A stretch of 63,764 nt of DNA, filler included, from Actinomycetota bacterium (GTDB lineage: Bacteria > Actinomycetota > Actinomycetes > JAKEEW01), in the NCBI GenBank assembly GCA_046725875.1. It is 4 parts of 4 records of this genome, joined end to end, with 100 filler letters (N's around TTAATTAATTAA, not from the genome) between each part and the next. Parts side by side here need not be neighbours in the genome. Positions count along the whole stretch, not along the records: positions 1 to 31,977 come from JBKOZJ010000014.1; 3 more parts are not named here. One strand, 5' to 3'. Shown one piece after another: positions 19,363 through 29,861 of this stretch (position 1 is the stretch's first letter; the number at the start of each line of letters is the position of its first letter). The notes beneath the pieces were generated by a model. That model saw nothing but the letters and a program-made list of their open reading frames with translations, ran no database searches and had not been told where the DNA came from. A program made the translations under genes and the position numbers.

Positions 19363-20018
19363 CGGATCTGATATCCCGCGCCCGGCACAGTGTGGATCAC
19401 TTGCGGTTCACCAAGCTTCTTGCGCAACGTCATCATTGTCACCCGGACCACGTTCGTGAACGGATCGATGTTCTCGTCCCATGCCTTTTCGAGGAGGTGC
19501 TCGGCGCTGACCATCCCACCCTCGGCGCGCATCAACTCCTCCAGGACGGCGAACTCCTTGTTGGACAGCACAATCAGATGGCCATCTCTGGTCACGCCGT
19601 GGCGCGCGGGATCAAGACGGATCCCGGCCCGGGTGAGAATCGGCGGCGCGGCCGGACGTGATCGCCGCGCCAGTGCCCGGATGCGCGCCACGAGCTCGGA
19701 AAACGCGAACGGTTTGCCGAGGTAGTCGTCGGCGCCGATACCCAGCCCCTCGACCCGGGATGCCACCTCCGCGGCCGCGGTAAGCATCAGGATCCGCGGA
19801 TGCGCTTCTCCGGTGTCGACGAGACGGCGGCACACCTCGTCACCGTGAACTCTCGGAATGTCCCGATCGAGGACAACGACGTCGTAGTCGTTGACCGCGG
19901 TTCGTTCCAGCGCCGCATCCCCGTCGTACACGACGTCGACGGCAAGCGCCTCGCGGCGTAGCCCCGTGGCGATCGCGTCGGCGAGCACGTCTTCGTCCTC
20001 AACGATGAGAACCCGCAT
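19359..20018 (-). CDS. OmpR-family response regulator (CutR-like)
   Basis: MRVLIVEDE, VVLDRDIP, GADDYLGKPF, DPFTNVVRVTMMTLRKKLGEPQVIHTVPGAGY. Confidence 0.94.
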   Translation of the reverse strand: MRVLIVEDEDVLADAIATGLRREALAVDVVYDGDAALERTAVNDYDVVVLDRDIPRVHGDEVCRRLVDTGEAHPRILMLTAAAEVASRVEGLGIGADDYLGKPFAFSELVARIRALARRSRPAAPPILTRAGIRLDPARHGVTRDGHLIVLSNKEFAVLEELMRAEGGMVSAEHLLEKAWDENIDPFTNVVRVTMMTLRKKLGEPQVIHTVPGAGYQIR

Positions 20019-20117
20019 CTTTCCGCCCGATTCGGTTGGATTTGGCAACCGCGCATGGAACGACCTGGTGTGTTACCGCACGTCAGGCGCCTGCCGGTTC
20101 ATTGTCGCAGAGCCCTC

Positions 20118-20134
20118 GATAAGCACGGGATAAG
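20118..20134 (+). promoter_or_regulatory. Candidate response-regulator direct-repeat site (GATAAG-N5-GATAAG)
   Basis: 11-bp-period repeat between the divergent regulator and lipoprotein genes; a copy is kept at 20991-21007. Confidence 0.5.
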
Positions 20135-20239
20135 TGATCAGGTTGAGGTTCCTGCCGGTCTTTACGCCGTTCATACGGCACGGGGCGTGGACTCCTCCAG
20201 AGCCGGGGGACCGCCGGCTCCGAAGGGAGATCACGGATC

Positions 20240-20779
20240 ATGCAAAGGCGACGGTTGACGGTGCTCTGGGCCGTACCGCTCCTGCTGCTCGGCCTGGCCG
20301 CCTGCGGCAGCTCGGGGGACGGATCCGGAGGCGCCGCCGGCGATCCCGCAAGCGACACAGCAAGCGCGGATCCCCAGGAGGAGGCCGTCAAGTGGGCCCA
20401 GTGCATGCGCGAGAACGGCGTCGACGTCCCAGACCCTGAGGTTGACGACGAGGGAAGAGTACAGCTGCGGATGCGCAGTAACGCCAACATCGACGAGGAC
20501 AAGGTCGATGCGGCAATGAAGGCGTGCGAGGAGTTCTCACCCATCGGTGACAGCGGCCGCCTGGCGGATCTTCAGAACGACCCGGAGTTCCAGGAGGCGC
20601 AGCTGCGGTTTGCCCGATGCATGCGTGACCACGGCGTCGACGTGCCCGACCCGAGCGGTGACCACGGCGGGCTCTTCCGCTTGGAGGGGCAGAACCAGGA
20701 AAAGGTCGAGGCGGCGCTGGAGGCGTGCCAGCCGATCATGCGGGACTTCCTCGGCGACGCGGGCGGGGAACCATCCTGA
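20240..20779 (+). CDS. Lipoprotein with two AxCMRxxGVDVPDP...AC repeats (copy 1)
   Basis: Lipobox LAAC, internal duplication, RBS AAGGGAGA. Confidence 0.88.
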   Translation: MQRRRLTVLWAVPLLLLGLAACGSSGDGSGGAAGDPASDTASADPQEEAVKWAQCMRENGVDVPDPEVDDEGRVQLRMRSNANIDEDKVDAAMKACEEFSPIGDSGRLADLQNDPEFQEAQLRFARCMRDHGVDVPDPSGDHGGLFRLEGQNQEKVEAALEACQPIMRDFLGDAGGEPS

Positions 20780-20990
20780 GCCGGCGAACGGATCGCACAA
20801 CCTGCCAAGCGTCGCCCTGACGTGTCCGGTCTTGGCCCGGGTTCACCGGCGGCGATTCAAGCGCGCCGGAACCGTCCCGCCCGTGAACGGGCGGAGCATC
20901 CATCACAAACGTGATGAAAGCAGCAATGTGGAGACCAGTCTACAAGTTACTGCAGGTCAGCGCGAGCCGATTCATCGTCACCGAGTCCTG

Positions 20991-21007
20991 CGTAAGCCGG
21001 GGATAAG
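20991..21007 (+). promoter_or_regulatory. Second copy of the direct-repeat site (CGTAAG-N5-GATAAG)
   Basis: Same relative position upstream of the paralogous lipoprotein gene. Confidence 0.5.
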
Positions 21008-21112
21008 CGATCACGTTCAGGCTCGCCCTCTTCTTTACGACCGTCATACCGCGACGGGCGTGGACTCCTCTGTACGCCGGTGCCCACCGGCCATGAAAGG
21101 AGATCACGGATC

Positions 21113-21643
21113 ATGCGGAGGCAATGGTTCGCGGCGCTGGTGGCCGTACCCCTCCTGCTGCTCGGCCTCGCGGCCTGCGGCGGCTCGGGGAACGGCTCCG
21201 CCGGCGCCGCCAGCGATACATCAAGCGAGGACCCGCAGGAGCAGGCGGTCAAGTGGGCGCAGTGCATGCGCGAGCACGGTGTCGACGTCGAGGATCCGCA
21301 GGCCGACGACAACGGCCGGGTGCGCCTCGACATGCGCGGCCGTGCGGCCGACCAGGACAAGGTCGACGCGGCGATGGACGCGTGCAAGGAGTACCTCCCG
21401 GCCAACGACAAGCTGGAAGACCTCCAGGACGACCCCGAGTTCCAAGAGGCGCAGCTGCGCTGGGCGCAATGCATGCGTGATCACGGCGTCGACGTCGAGG
21501 ACCCCAGCAGCGGTGAGGGCGGTATCCGAATCCAGGGCGACAAGCAGGACGAGGACAAGGTCGAGGCAGCCGTCGAAGCCTGCGATCCGATCTTGCGCGA
21601 CTTCATGCCCGACAACACGTCCAGCGGCTCGGCGGAGGGGTGA
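21113..21643 (+). CDS. Lipoprotein with two CMR repeats (copy 2, tandem paralogue)
   Basis: Lipobox LAAC; colinear with 20240-20779. Confidence 0.88.
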   Translation: MRRQWFAALVAVPLLLLGLAACGGSGNGSAGAASDTSSEDPQEQAVKWAQCMREHGVDVEDPQADDNGRVRLDMRGRAADQDKVDAAMDACKEYLPANDKLEDLQDDPEFQEAQLRWAQCMRDHGVDVEDPSSGEGGIRIQGDKQDEDKVEAAVEACDPILRDFMPDNTSSGSAEG

Positions 21644-21645
21644 CC

Positions 21646-22854
21646 ATGAGCCAGACGACTGAGCGAGTCGAACCCGGCGACGGCGAGGTGACTAGCCGGG
21701 TCCCACCCGAGGGTTCGCTGGCCACCGGTCGGGCGCCGGACAGCGCCGCTACCGGACGGGCGAGGGGCCCACGCCGACGACGCACCAAGATCGTAGCGGT
21801 CACCGCAGCGGTGGCGGTGGCGGGCGCCGGCGGGGTCGCCTGGGCGACGGGCTGGTTCGACGGCGACGACAACGGCGGTACGGCCACCCCGGCCTCCCGA
21901 CTGTCGAGGGCGGAGGTGGAGCGCGGCGACCTGGTGGAGACCGAGGGGGTGGACGGCACGCTCGGTTATGGCGACCCGTGGGGGGTGGCGAGCTCGGCGC
22001 AGGGCACGGTGACCTGGCTGCCGGCCGAGGGCAGCCGGATCACCCGGGGCGGGTCCCTGTTCGAGGTGGACGAGAAGCCGGTGACGTTGATGTACGGCGC
22101 GGTCCCGTTGTACCGGACGCTCGGCGAGGGCGACGAAGGGTCCGACGTCGGGCAGCTAGAGGAGAACCTGTCTGCGCTCGGCTACGCCGGCTTCGAGGTC
22201 GACGACGAGTACACCGACGCCACCGCGGCGGCGGTCGAGGACTGGCAGGCCGACCGCGGCCTGGACGAGACCGGGCGGGTGGACCCGAGCCAGGTCGTGT
22301 TCGCCACAGGTGCAGTGCGGGTGGCGTCGCAGGAGGCCAGGGTCGGCGACCGGGCCGGCCAGGGTCCGGCGATCACGGTGACCTCGACGACGCAGGTTGT
22401 GACGGTCGACCTCGATGTGGCCGACCGCGATCTGGCCAAGAAGGGCCGGGCTGTCACGATCGACCTTCCGGGCGGGCAGACCATCAAGGGCCACATCACC
22501 AGCATCGGCACGGTCGCCGAGATCCCGTCGGACCAAGGAGGCTCCGACGAGCCGACCTCCGACGATGCCACGATCGAGGTCGTCGTGACCATCGACAAGG
22601 GAGAATCGGCCGCGGGGCTGGACCAGGCACCGGTCACGGTCAACATGGAGAGCAGCCGGGTCGAGGACGTCCTGTCCGTTCCGGTGGCCGCGCTGCTGGC
22701 CACCTCCGATGACGCGTACGCAGTCCAGGTGATCCAGCCGGACGGCACCACGAAGATGGTGCCCGTCGAGATCGGTAAATTCGCCGACGGCCGGGTCGAG
22801 GTCGAGGGCGACGGCATCCGTGCGGGCACCGTGGTGGGGGTGCCGAAGTCATGA
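21646..22854 (+). CDS. MacA-like adaptor subunit with a peptidoglycan-binding domain
   Basis: TM anchor, [37 protein letters not shown] (PG_binding_1), VLSVPVAAL. Confidence 0.87.
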   Translation: MSQTTERVEPGDGEVTSRVPPEGSLATGRAPDSAATGRARGPRRRRTKIVAVTAAVAVAGAGGVAWATGWFDGDDNGGTATPASRLSRAEVERGDLVETEGVDGTLGYGDPWGVASSAQGTVTWLPAEGSRITRGGSLFEVDEKPVTLMYGAVPLYRTLGEGDEGSDVGQLEENLSALGYAGFEVDDEYTDATAAAVEDWQADRGLDETGRVDPSQVVFATGAVRVASQEARVGDRAGQGPAITVTSTTQVVTVDLDVADRDLAKKGRAVTIDLPGGQTIKGHITSIGTVAEIPSDQGGSDEPTSDDATIEVVVTIDKGESAAGLDQAPVTVNMESSRVEDVLSVPVAALLATSDDAYAVQVIQPDGTTKMVPVEIGKFADGRVEVEGDGIRAGTVVGVPKS

Positions 22855-23690
22855 GCATCGACACCTCCGTCGCGGCCGAGGCTGGGCAAGGTGACCAGGC
22901 CAAGACGCTGGACATCGACACTGATCACGTTGTGCGGCTGGAGCGGGTGTCGCGGGCCTACCCCGGCAGCCCTCCGGTCGTGGCCCTGGACGAGGTCAGT
23001 CTCCGGATCGACCGGGGCGAGCTGCTGGCCATCGTCGGCCCGTCCGGGTCGGGCAAGTCGACGATGCTGCACCTGGTCGGTACCCTCGACCGCCCGTCGT
23101 CGGGAGCGATTTGGATCGACGGGTTCGAGATCGCAGCGCTGTCCGACCGGGAGGTCTCCGCGCTGCGCGCAACCCGGATCGGCTTCGTGTTCCAGCAGTT
23201 CTTCCTCGCCGGCGGCATGCGGGCGCTGGACAACGTCGCGGACGGGCTGCTCTATTCGGGCCGGACGCTCGGCGAGCGACGCGACCGCGCCGCCGACGTG
23301 CTCGACCGGGTCGGGCTGCGACACCGGCTGGACCATCGCCCGCACCAGCTGTCCGGCGGGGAGAAACAGCGGGTGGCGATCGCGCGGGCCGTGGTGGCCA
23401 ACCCGGCCATCCTGCTCGCCGACGAGCCGACCGGGAACCTCGACTCTGCGTCCGGGTCCGAGGTGGTGCAGCTGCTCAAGGAGCTGAACGCCGCAGGCAC
23501 AACCGTCGCGGTGATCACGCACGACCACGACATCGCCCGGCGGTTCCCTCGCCGGGTCTCGCTGCACGACGGTCGGGTCGTCGCAGACACGACCGGCGCC
23601 GGCGGGTCGGCCGGCGACGCGGGCGCCGCGCAGCAGCCGGCCGGGCCGTCTTCCGGCGCAACGCCGCCGGAGGGGGTGGCCGACCGATGA
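22851..23690 (+). CDS. ABC transporter ATP-binding protein (MacB/LolD type)
   Basis: [41 protein letters not shown]. Confidence 0.95.
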   Translation: MSIDTSVAAEAGQGDQAKTLDIDTDHVVRLERVSRAYPGSPPVVALDEVSLRIDRGELLAIVGPSGSGKSTMLHLVGTLDRPSSGAIWIDGFEIAALSDREVSALRATRIGFVFQQFFLAGGMRALDNVADGLLYSGRTLGERRDRAADVLDRVGLRHRLDHRPHQLSGGEKQRVAIARAVVANPAILLADEPTGNLDSASGSEVVQLLKELNAAGTTVAVITHDHDIARRFPRRVSLHDGRVVADTTGAGGSAGDAGAAQQPAGPSSGATPPEGVADR

Positions 23691-24901
23691 CCACACCATC
23701 GCGAATCGGCCGGCTGCGCCCGGCGCGGCTGTCACCGCGTGACGTCGTCCGGGTCGGCAGCTCGGGGCTGCGGACCCGGCCGCTTCGCGTCGTCCTGTCC
23801 GCGCTGGGCATCGCCATCGGGATCGCCGCCATGGTCGCCGTTCTCGGCATCTCCACGTCGAGCAAGGCGCAGGTCAACGCGGAGCTGGACAAGCTCGGCA
23901 CCAACCTGCTCGTCGTTTCCCCCGGCCAGTCGCTGTTCGGTGAGGAGTCCAGCCTGCCCGACGACTCCGTCGACATGATCGCCCGGCTGCCGGAGGTGGA
24001 GCAGGTAAGCGCGGTCGGAAGCGTCGACGCCAACGTCTACCGCAATGACAAGATCCCCACCGAGGAGTCCGGCGGGATCGCGGTCAAGGCCGCCCGCACC
24101 GACCTAACCGGCACCGTCGGCGCGACCGTGCGCAGCGGCACCTGGCTGAACCCGGCCACCTCGAAATATCCCGCCGTCGTGCTGGGCAGCACGGCCGCGC
24201 GCCGGCTCGGCATCGCCGCGGCCGGGCCGGGTGTCCGGGTATGGCTGGGCGACCAATGGTTCACCGTCGTCGGCATCCTCGAACCGGTCTCTCTCGTGCC
24301 GGCGCTCGACGCCTCGGCGCTGGTCGGCTGGAGCGTCGCCGAGCAGCGGCTGGGGTTCGACGGGAGTCCGACCAGCGTGTACGAGCGGTCGGCGGACGAC
24401 GCGGTGGACCACGTGCGCTCCCTGCTCCCCGCCACGGCGAACCCCGAGCACCCCGACGAGGTCGACGTGAGCCGGCCCTCCGACGCCCTCGCCGCCCGCG
24501 CGGCCGTGGACGAGACGCTGACCAGCCTCCTGCTCGGCCTGGGTGCGGTCGCGCTGCTCGTCGGCGGGGTCGGCGTGGCCAACACGATGGTCATCTCCGT
24601 CCTCGAACGGCGCAGCGAGATCGGGCTGCGCCGCTCCCTCGGCGCGACCAAGGGCCAGATCCGCGGCCAGTTCCTCACCGAGTCCGTGCTGCTGTCCGGG
24701 CTCGGCGCGACCTGCGGTGTCCTCATCGGCGCGGTCGTCACCTACGTCTACGCCCGCAGCCAGGACTGGTTGGTCTCCATCCCGCCGATAGCCCTTGGCG
24801 GCGCGGCCGCCGCGACCCTGCTGATCGGTTCGATGGCCGGCCTCTACCCAGCGGTGCGGGCCGCCCGCATGGACCCCACTGCAGCCTTGGCGACCACATG
24901 A
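23687..24901 (+). CDS. ABC transporter permease (MacB_PCD/FtsX)
   Basis: [56 protein letters not shown] overlap. Confidence 0.94.
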   Translation: MTTPSRIGRLRPARLSPRDVVRVGSSGLRTRPLRVVLSALGIAIGIAAMVAVLGISTSSKAQVNAELDKLGTNLLVVSPGQSLFGEESSLPDDSVDMIARLPEVEQVSAVGSVDANVYRNDKIPTEESGGIAVKAARTDLTGTVGATVRSGTWLNPATSKYPAVVLGSTAARRLGIAAAGPGVRVWLGDQWFTVVGILEPVSLVPALDASALVGWSVAEQRLGFDGSPTSVYERSADDAVDHVRSLLPATANPEHPDEVDVSRPSDALAARAAVDETLTSLLLGLGAVALLVGGVGVANTMVISVLERRSEIGLRRSLGATKGQIRGQFLTESVLLSGLGATCGVLIGAVVTYVYARSQDWLVSIPPIALGGAAAATLLIGSMAGLYPAVRAARMDPTAALATT

Positions 24902-24905
24902 ACAG

Positions 24906-24954
24906 GTCTGTACGGTGCCGGACGCTCCGCCGTGGCGCCCGGCGCCGTACAGAC
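24906..24954 (+). terminator. Long stem-loop directly after the permease stop
   Basis: GTCTGTACGGTGCCGG...CCGGCGCCGTACAGAC 16-bp stem with one G-U pair; no U-tract. Confidence 0.6.
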
Positions 24955-25121
24955 TCCGCCGCGCCCTCCGGGTGCCGACGCAGATCAGGCCAGCGGGCGG
25001 GGTGCCAGACGCCGCTCCCCGGTGGCGGCCGAGGTCGGCTGCCGGCCGGCACAGAACGGGGAGCGGACCACGTGGCGCCGTCGGCTAGACCAGCCACAGC
25101 CGCGCGGCGTCGGTAAGGAAG

Positions 25122-25262
25122 GGGTGACCGCACCTCCCCCTGCAACGCGGTCACCCAGGCGGCCCACAACGCCGCCCCCAGTGCCCGGTGGCGCCCGACC
25201 CAGCCACCGGGCACCAGCGGATCCCGTACCACACCGCTCGGGGGCCGGCTCGGGTGACCGAG
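25122..25262 (+). ncRNA. Candidate multi-hairpin RNA with C-rich loops (6C-like); strand inferred
   Basis: Five consecutive perfect stems (10, 6, 12, 5 and 5 bp); first four loops are ACCTCCCCCTGCAAC, CCACAAC, GCCCGACCCA, ATCCCGTACCACA. Confidence 0.45.
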
Positions 25263-25352
25263 TGGGGAGCCAGGAGCTGCACTGATCGGGCCGGGTCGTG
25301 CTGCCACCGGGCCGAACGGTTCGCGCGAACTTCAACGACATGATTGGGAGAG

Positions 25353-25688
25353 CTAGCGCATCTGCTCCAGGACATCCGTACTGATCGCGCAACGGCGGGC
25401 CTCCGGATCAGCCTCCAAAGGGGCGACGCCGTCGACGCCTTTGGTGGTCAGCGGGGCCAGCAAATTCGGGTCGCTTTGGAGCGACCGGTAATAGGCCTTC
25501 ACGACCGCGATGCAGGAGCGGTCCGACACAGTCACCGCCAGACCAGAGCCGTCATCGGGCGTGCCACCGCTGTTGTCGCCCGTCAGGAGTGCTCCGATCA
25601 GCGCGAGGACACTCCCAATGACGCTGGCCACGCCAGTAATGAGGCCAGCTGCGACGGTTCGGTCAGTAGCAGCCCCCGCGTATGGCAC
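25353..25688 (-). CDS. Hypothetical membrane-anchored protein
   Basis: Hydrophobic N-terminal segment, two Cys, GTG a few bases after the upstream stop with a GGGGG RBS. Confidence 0.55.
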   Translation of the reverse strand: MPYAGAATDRTVAAGLITGVASVIGSVLALIGALLTGDNSGGTPDDGSGLAVTVSDRSCIAVVKAYYRSLQSDPNLLAPLTTKGVDGVAPLEADPEARRCAISTDVLEQMR

Positions 25689-25692
25689 TGCG

Positions 25693-26202
25693 TCACCCCC
25701 CGTCTGCCCAGTCGGACTCGCCTCGGGGGTGCCGTGGTCGGGCAGCGCCCGCGCTAACCACACCCGCCCGGTGCAACGCCTCCCTTAGTCGTTCAGCCAT
25801 CTCGAAATCGCCACTCATGATGAGCGCTTCACGTCGTTCGACGGCTTCCCGCGCGAGGCCTGGTTGTCTGCGTTCAATCGATGCGGACTCGTCGAGTTCC
25901 ACGAGCAGCAGCCTCGTCTCTCCGAGAAAGGCCCGTCGACGACTTACCAAGATCCCCCCGAGTCCGAGCGCGCTCAGAGCAAGCCCTCCGGATACCGCAA
26001 TTACCACCCACCAGCCCCAGCTGCTCGGCTCATCCCTGGCAAGCAGCACCGCCGTGGCAGCGAGCGTCACGACGATCGCAGTTGCCCCAGCCACAAGCAC
26101 GAGGATGGTGTCTGACGCCCGGGGGGGCAGTCGCTCAACCCTTGGAGGCTCTTCCGCGGCAGCGCTAGCTCCTACCTCATCACCAGGCTCGCTGATCGCC
26201 AC
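25693..26202 (-). CDS. Hypothetical membrane protein (2 TM)
   Basis: Two hydrophobic helices; RBS GAGGTGG; paired with the downstream ORF. Confidence 0.6.
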   Translation of the reverse strand: MAISEPGDEVGASAAAEEPPRVERLPPRASDTILVLVAGATAIVVTLAATAVLLARDEPSSWGWWVVIAVSGGLALSALGLGGILVSRRRAFLGETRLLLVELDESASIERRQPGLAREAVERREALIMSGDFEMAERLREALHRAGVVSAGAARPRHPRGESDWADGG

Positions 26203-26319
26203 GGGCCCACCCTCTCATGGAACTGAGTAGCACGAGCCGGCCCACCAGCATTACCAAGGTCCGCCTCGCTTCAGTTGACACCTAAGATCGGCGGACCGGC
26301 TGGAGGATGAGAGGTTTGT

Positions 26320-27686
26320 ATGCCCACCACGATCGATCAGGCTCGCCTGACCGACCTGCTGCTCCGCGAGCGGAGAACCTACCGCGAACGCCATCCACGC
26401 TCGGCGGCGGCATATGCGGAGGGTAGGCAGCACCTGTTCGGTGGGGTGCCGATGACATGGATGAACAAGGCCGCCGGGGGATTCCCGCTGTACCTTTCGG
26501 CGGCGCGTGGCGCCCGAGTGACCGACATCGACGGCCACCCGTACATCGACCTGTGCCTTGGCGACACGGGCGCGATGGCGGGCCACTCCCTCCGGCGACC
26601 GTCGATGCGGTAGCGGCTCGTTTCGGCTCCATCGGCGGTGCCACCGCAATGATGCCCACCGAGGACGCGACCTGGGTTGGCGCCGAACTACATCGCCGGT
26701 TCGGCCTTCCGCTGTGGAGCTTCTCGCTGACCGCCACCGATGCAAACCGGTGGGCCATCCGGCTCGCCCGCGCGGTCACTGGCCGACCCAAAATTCTTGT
26801 AAATGCCTACTGCTACCACGGCTCGGTCGACGAGGTCCTTCTGGTGATCGGCCCGGATGGGCAGGCCAGGTCACGGGAGGGGAACGTCGGCGCGCCGGTC
26901 GACCCTGCGGTCACCTCGCGGGTGGTTGAGTTCAATGACCTGGAGGGGCTCGCCGAGCAACTCGCCTTCGGTGATGTTGCGGCTGTCCTCATGGAACCGG
27001 CGCTGACCAACATCGGCATCGTGCTGCCCGCGCCTGGCTACCTCGACGGCGTCCGCAACCTCACCCGCCGGCGCGGCGTGCTTCTCATCAACGATGAGAC
27101 ACATACCCTCTCGGCCGGGCCTGGCGGCGCGACGAGGGCATGGGGCTTAGATCCGGACGTCGTCACACTTGGCAAGGCCATTGGCGGCGGCATCCCGGTC
27201 GGCGCGTACGGACTAAGCGCTGATGTCGCGGCCCGCATCGAAGCAATGGACGGTCTGGACCTCGTGGACATGGGGGACGTCGGAGGGACTCTGGCTGGGA
27301 ACGCCCTGTCGATGGCGGCCGCTCGGGCCACGCTCGCGCAGGTGCTGACCGATGAGGCGTTCATGGGGATGACGACGCTCGCCTCGCGCTTCGCCTACGG
27401 CGTCCGGGAGGTCATCGCCGAGTACGACCTCCCGTGGTCAATCGTCCAGCTCGGCGCCCGTGCGGAGTATCGCTTCACCAACCCGGCACCGCGCAACGGC
27501 ACAGAGTCCCACGCAGCCGCGGACCCGGACCTGGAGGACTTCCTGCATGTGTACCTGGCGAACCGAGGCGTTCTGCTGACCCCGTTCCACAACATGGCGC
27601 TCATGTCGCCCGAAACGATGCCGTCGGACGTGGACCGCCATCGAGATGTCTTCGCTGCCGCGATCGCCGAGCTGGTCAACCGGTAA
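26320..27686 (+). pseudogene. Class III aminotransferase (GSA aminomutase-like), frameshifted near 26590
   Basis: DIDGHPYIDLCLGDTGAMAGHS in one frame continues as PATVDAV..INDETHT..DVVTLGKAIGGG in another; one C is missing in CACTCCCTCCG. Confidence 0.88.
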
Positions 27687-27921
27687 TCAGTCGCCCGGGA
27701 AGCCAATTTGCACCCGAGACGTTCCAGCCGCGCGCCCGGCTGGCTTGGGCATGGCCGGCCGATCGGCCTGGACAAGATCGGCAACGCCATCGAGTGGCCT
27801 CGCTGGTGGACACCCTCATTCGAATGATGGATGGCACATTCCACCAGACGACTGGTTGACGGACAGTATCCGCGACATCACGATCTGCGCGTAGTCATCC
27901 CACCTTCAACGGAGGTGCGGC

Positions 27922-29556
27922 ATGCATCGACGGTCCAAGATCGGCGCGCTCGCCGCCGTGGTGCTCGTCCTGGGCACGCTCGCGGCGGGCAGCAGCGGCA
28001 GCGCGACCGCCCCGGCCGCCGGCAAGCCGACCAGGCAGGAGATCGCCCGGCACCTGCGCGCCGGCCACCGGCCCCAGTTCATGACGCCGCACGAGCTGGC
28101 CGCCGTCACCATGGTGGCGAACGACTCCAGGGCGCTCTCCCCCGCCGGACCCAACCCGGCGGAAGGCCAGCAGGCCGGGACCAGGGCGGCGCCGAGGGCT
28201 ACACCTCTCGGCCGGTCGCCGCTGCGCAACGTGCGGGTAAACGACCCCAGACGCGACCGCCAGTTCATCGACCAGACCACCCAAAGCGAGACCACGATCG
28301 CGGTCCACGGGCGGAGGGTGGCCGTCGGCTACAACGACTCCCAGAACACCCTGCTGGCACTGACCGCGGGCAGCAACCTAGCGGGCTACTCCTTCTCCAC
28401 CAATGGCGGCCGCACCTTCACCGACGGCGGGGTGCTGCCCAACGCGCCCGGCTACATCAACCTCAGCGACCCGTGGATGGCCAGCACCGGGGGCGGGCGC
28501 TTCTTCTACGCCACCCTCGCCATCACCCCCGAGTTCAACCTTGGCGTGTCGGTGGCCCGCTCGGGCAACGGCGGCCGCACCTGGACCAACCCGGTGGAGG
28601 TGTCGCCCAGCGCCGGCACGCTGATTTACTTCGGCGACAAAGAGGCCATCACTACCGGACGCGACCCAGTGGTGGCTGGCCGCGACAACGCCTACGTGGC
28701 CTGGGACGACTTCTTCTGCGACCAGAGCGGCACCTGCTTCGACGGGCTGCCGGTGGCCCGCTCCACCAACGGCGGCCTGACCTGGAAGGTCACCTACGCC
28801 GACAAGTTCGAGGAGGGCCCCCAGGGCTGCTCCTTCCAGCAGTACATCGGGGCGCAGCCGTTCGTCGACAGCCGCAACGGCACCCTCCACGTCGCCGCCG
28901 AGCGCATCCGGGTCGACGACCCGACCTGCTCGGGCGGGACCGTGCAGTTCAGCCAGTACGTGTTCAAGTCCACCGACGGCGGCAAGAGCTTCGGCCCCGG
29001 GGTGAAGATCGCCGACGTCACCCCCGCCACCCCGCTGGGGTTCCTGCCCCTCGGCCTGGGCAGGGCCATGCGCACCATCGAGTTCCCCTCCCTGGCCCGC
29101 GTCGGCAACACCCTCTACGCGGCGTGGAACGATGGCGGGCAGGGCCGAAGCCACATTCGCCTGGCGACATCGACCAACGGTGGCGCGACCTGGTCGCTCG
29201 CGTGGGCGACCAGCGGGGTCAACAACCAGCTGCAACCGGCCCTGTCCAGCAGCGGCGGCGTTCTGCACATCGCCTACTACCGCATCACCCCCAGCAAACT
29301 GATCGACGTGCTGCTGCAGGACCGCCGGGGCTCGACCGTGACCACCACCAGGGTGACCACCAGGTCGTTCCCGGGCGTGTTCACCCTTCCGCAGTTCGAT
29401 CCGATCATCGCCCCGGCCTACATGGGCGACTACATCGCCAACGTCAGCGCCGGCGGCCATCAGTACCTGGCCTGGGGCGACAACCGCGACAAGGTCCGGA
29501 ACTTTCTATGGCCTGCGGGCCGCAACGACCCGGACGTATTCTTCGCCAGGCGGTAG
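27922..29556 (+). CDS. Secreted BNR/Asp-box beta-propeller (sialidase-like) protein
   Basis: Signal peptide; five Asp-boxes (STNGGRTF, SGNGGRTW, STNGGLTW, STDGGKSF, STNGGATW); C-terminal GDY motif. Confidence 0.85.
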   Translation: MHRRSKIGALAAVVLVLGTLAAGSSGSATAPAAGKPTRQEIARHLRAGHRPQFMTPHELAAVTMVANDSRALSPAGPNPAEGQQAGTRAAPRATPLGRSPLRNVRVNDPRRDRQFIDQTTQSETTIAVHGRRVAVGYNDSQNTLLALTAGSNLAGYSFSTNGGRTFTDGGVLPNAPGYINLSDPWMASTGGGRFFYATLAITPEFNLGVSVARSGNGGRTWTNPVEVSPSAGTLIYFGDKEAITTGRDPVVAGRDNAYVAWDDFFCDQSGTCFDGLPVARSTNGGLTWKVTYADKFEEGPQGCSFQQYIGAQPFVDSRNGTLHVAAERIRVDDPTCSGGTVQFSQYVFKSTDGGKSFGPGVKIADVTPATPLGFLPLGLGRAMRTIEFPSLARVGNTLYAAWNDGGQGRSHIRLATSTNGGATWSLAWATSGVNNQLQPALSSSGGVLHIAYYRITPSKLIDVLLQDRRGSTVTTTRVTTRSFPGVFTLPQFDPIIAPAYMGDYIANVSAGGHQYLAWGDNRDKVRNFLWPAGRNDPDVFFARR

Positions 29557-29861
29557 ACCCCGGCGAGCCAGCAAGGCCAACGTGGTCCGCGCCGCGCTGG
29601 CCTTGCATAAAGCGGGCTAGATTTGGCCGCCTGGGAGAAGTACCGATCTGCCTCACGGTCGCGGCTTCGGCGGTCCTGGCCGCCGGTGACCTCATCCTCC
29701 GCCACTACGGGCGGGACGGTGCTGTGGCTGCCAGCCGCGCGACCGCGGACGCGCCTTTTCGCTAGCGCATGCGTGGCCGGGAGGGTCCCCCGCATTGCCG
29801 AACTGCTCACCGGCGCCGGCCGGGCGCGCACTGATCCGCGCTCAGGAGGCGATGGTGCCTA

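Noticed and set aside
25122..25262. Hairpin array as CRISPR, tRNA or REP cluster
   Set aside because: The stems differ in sequence, and there is no cloverleaf, T-loop or repeated unit
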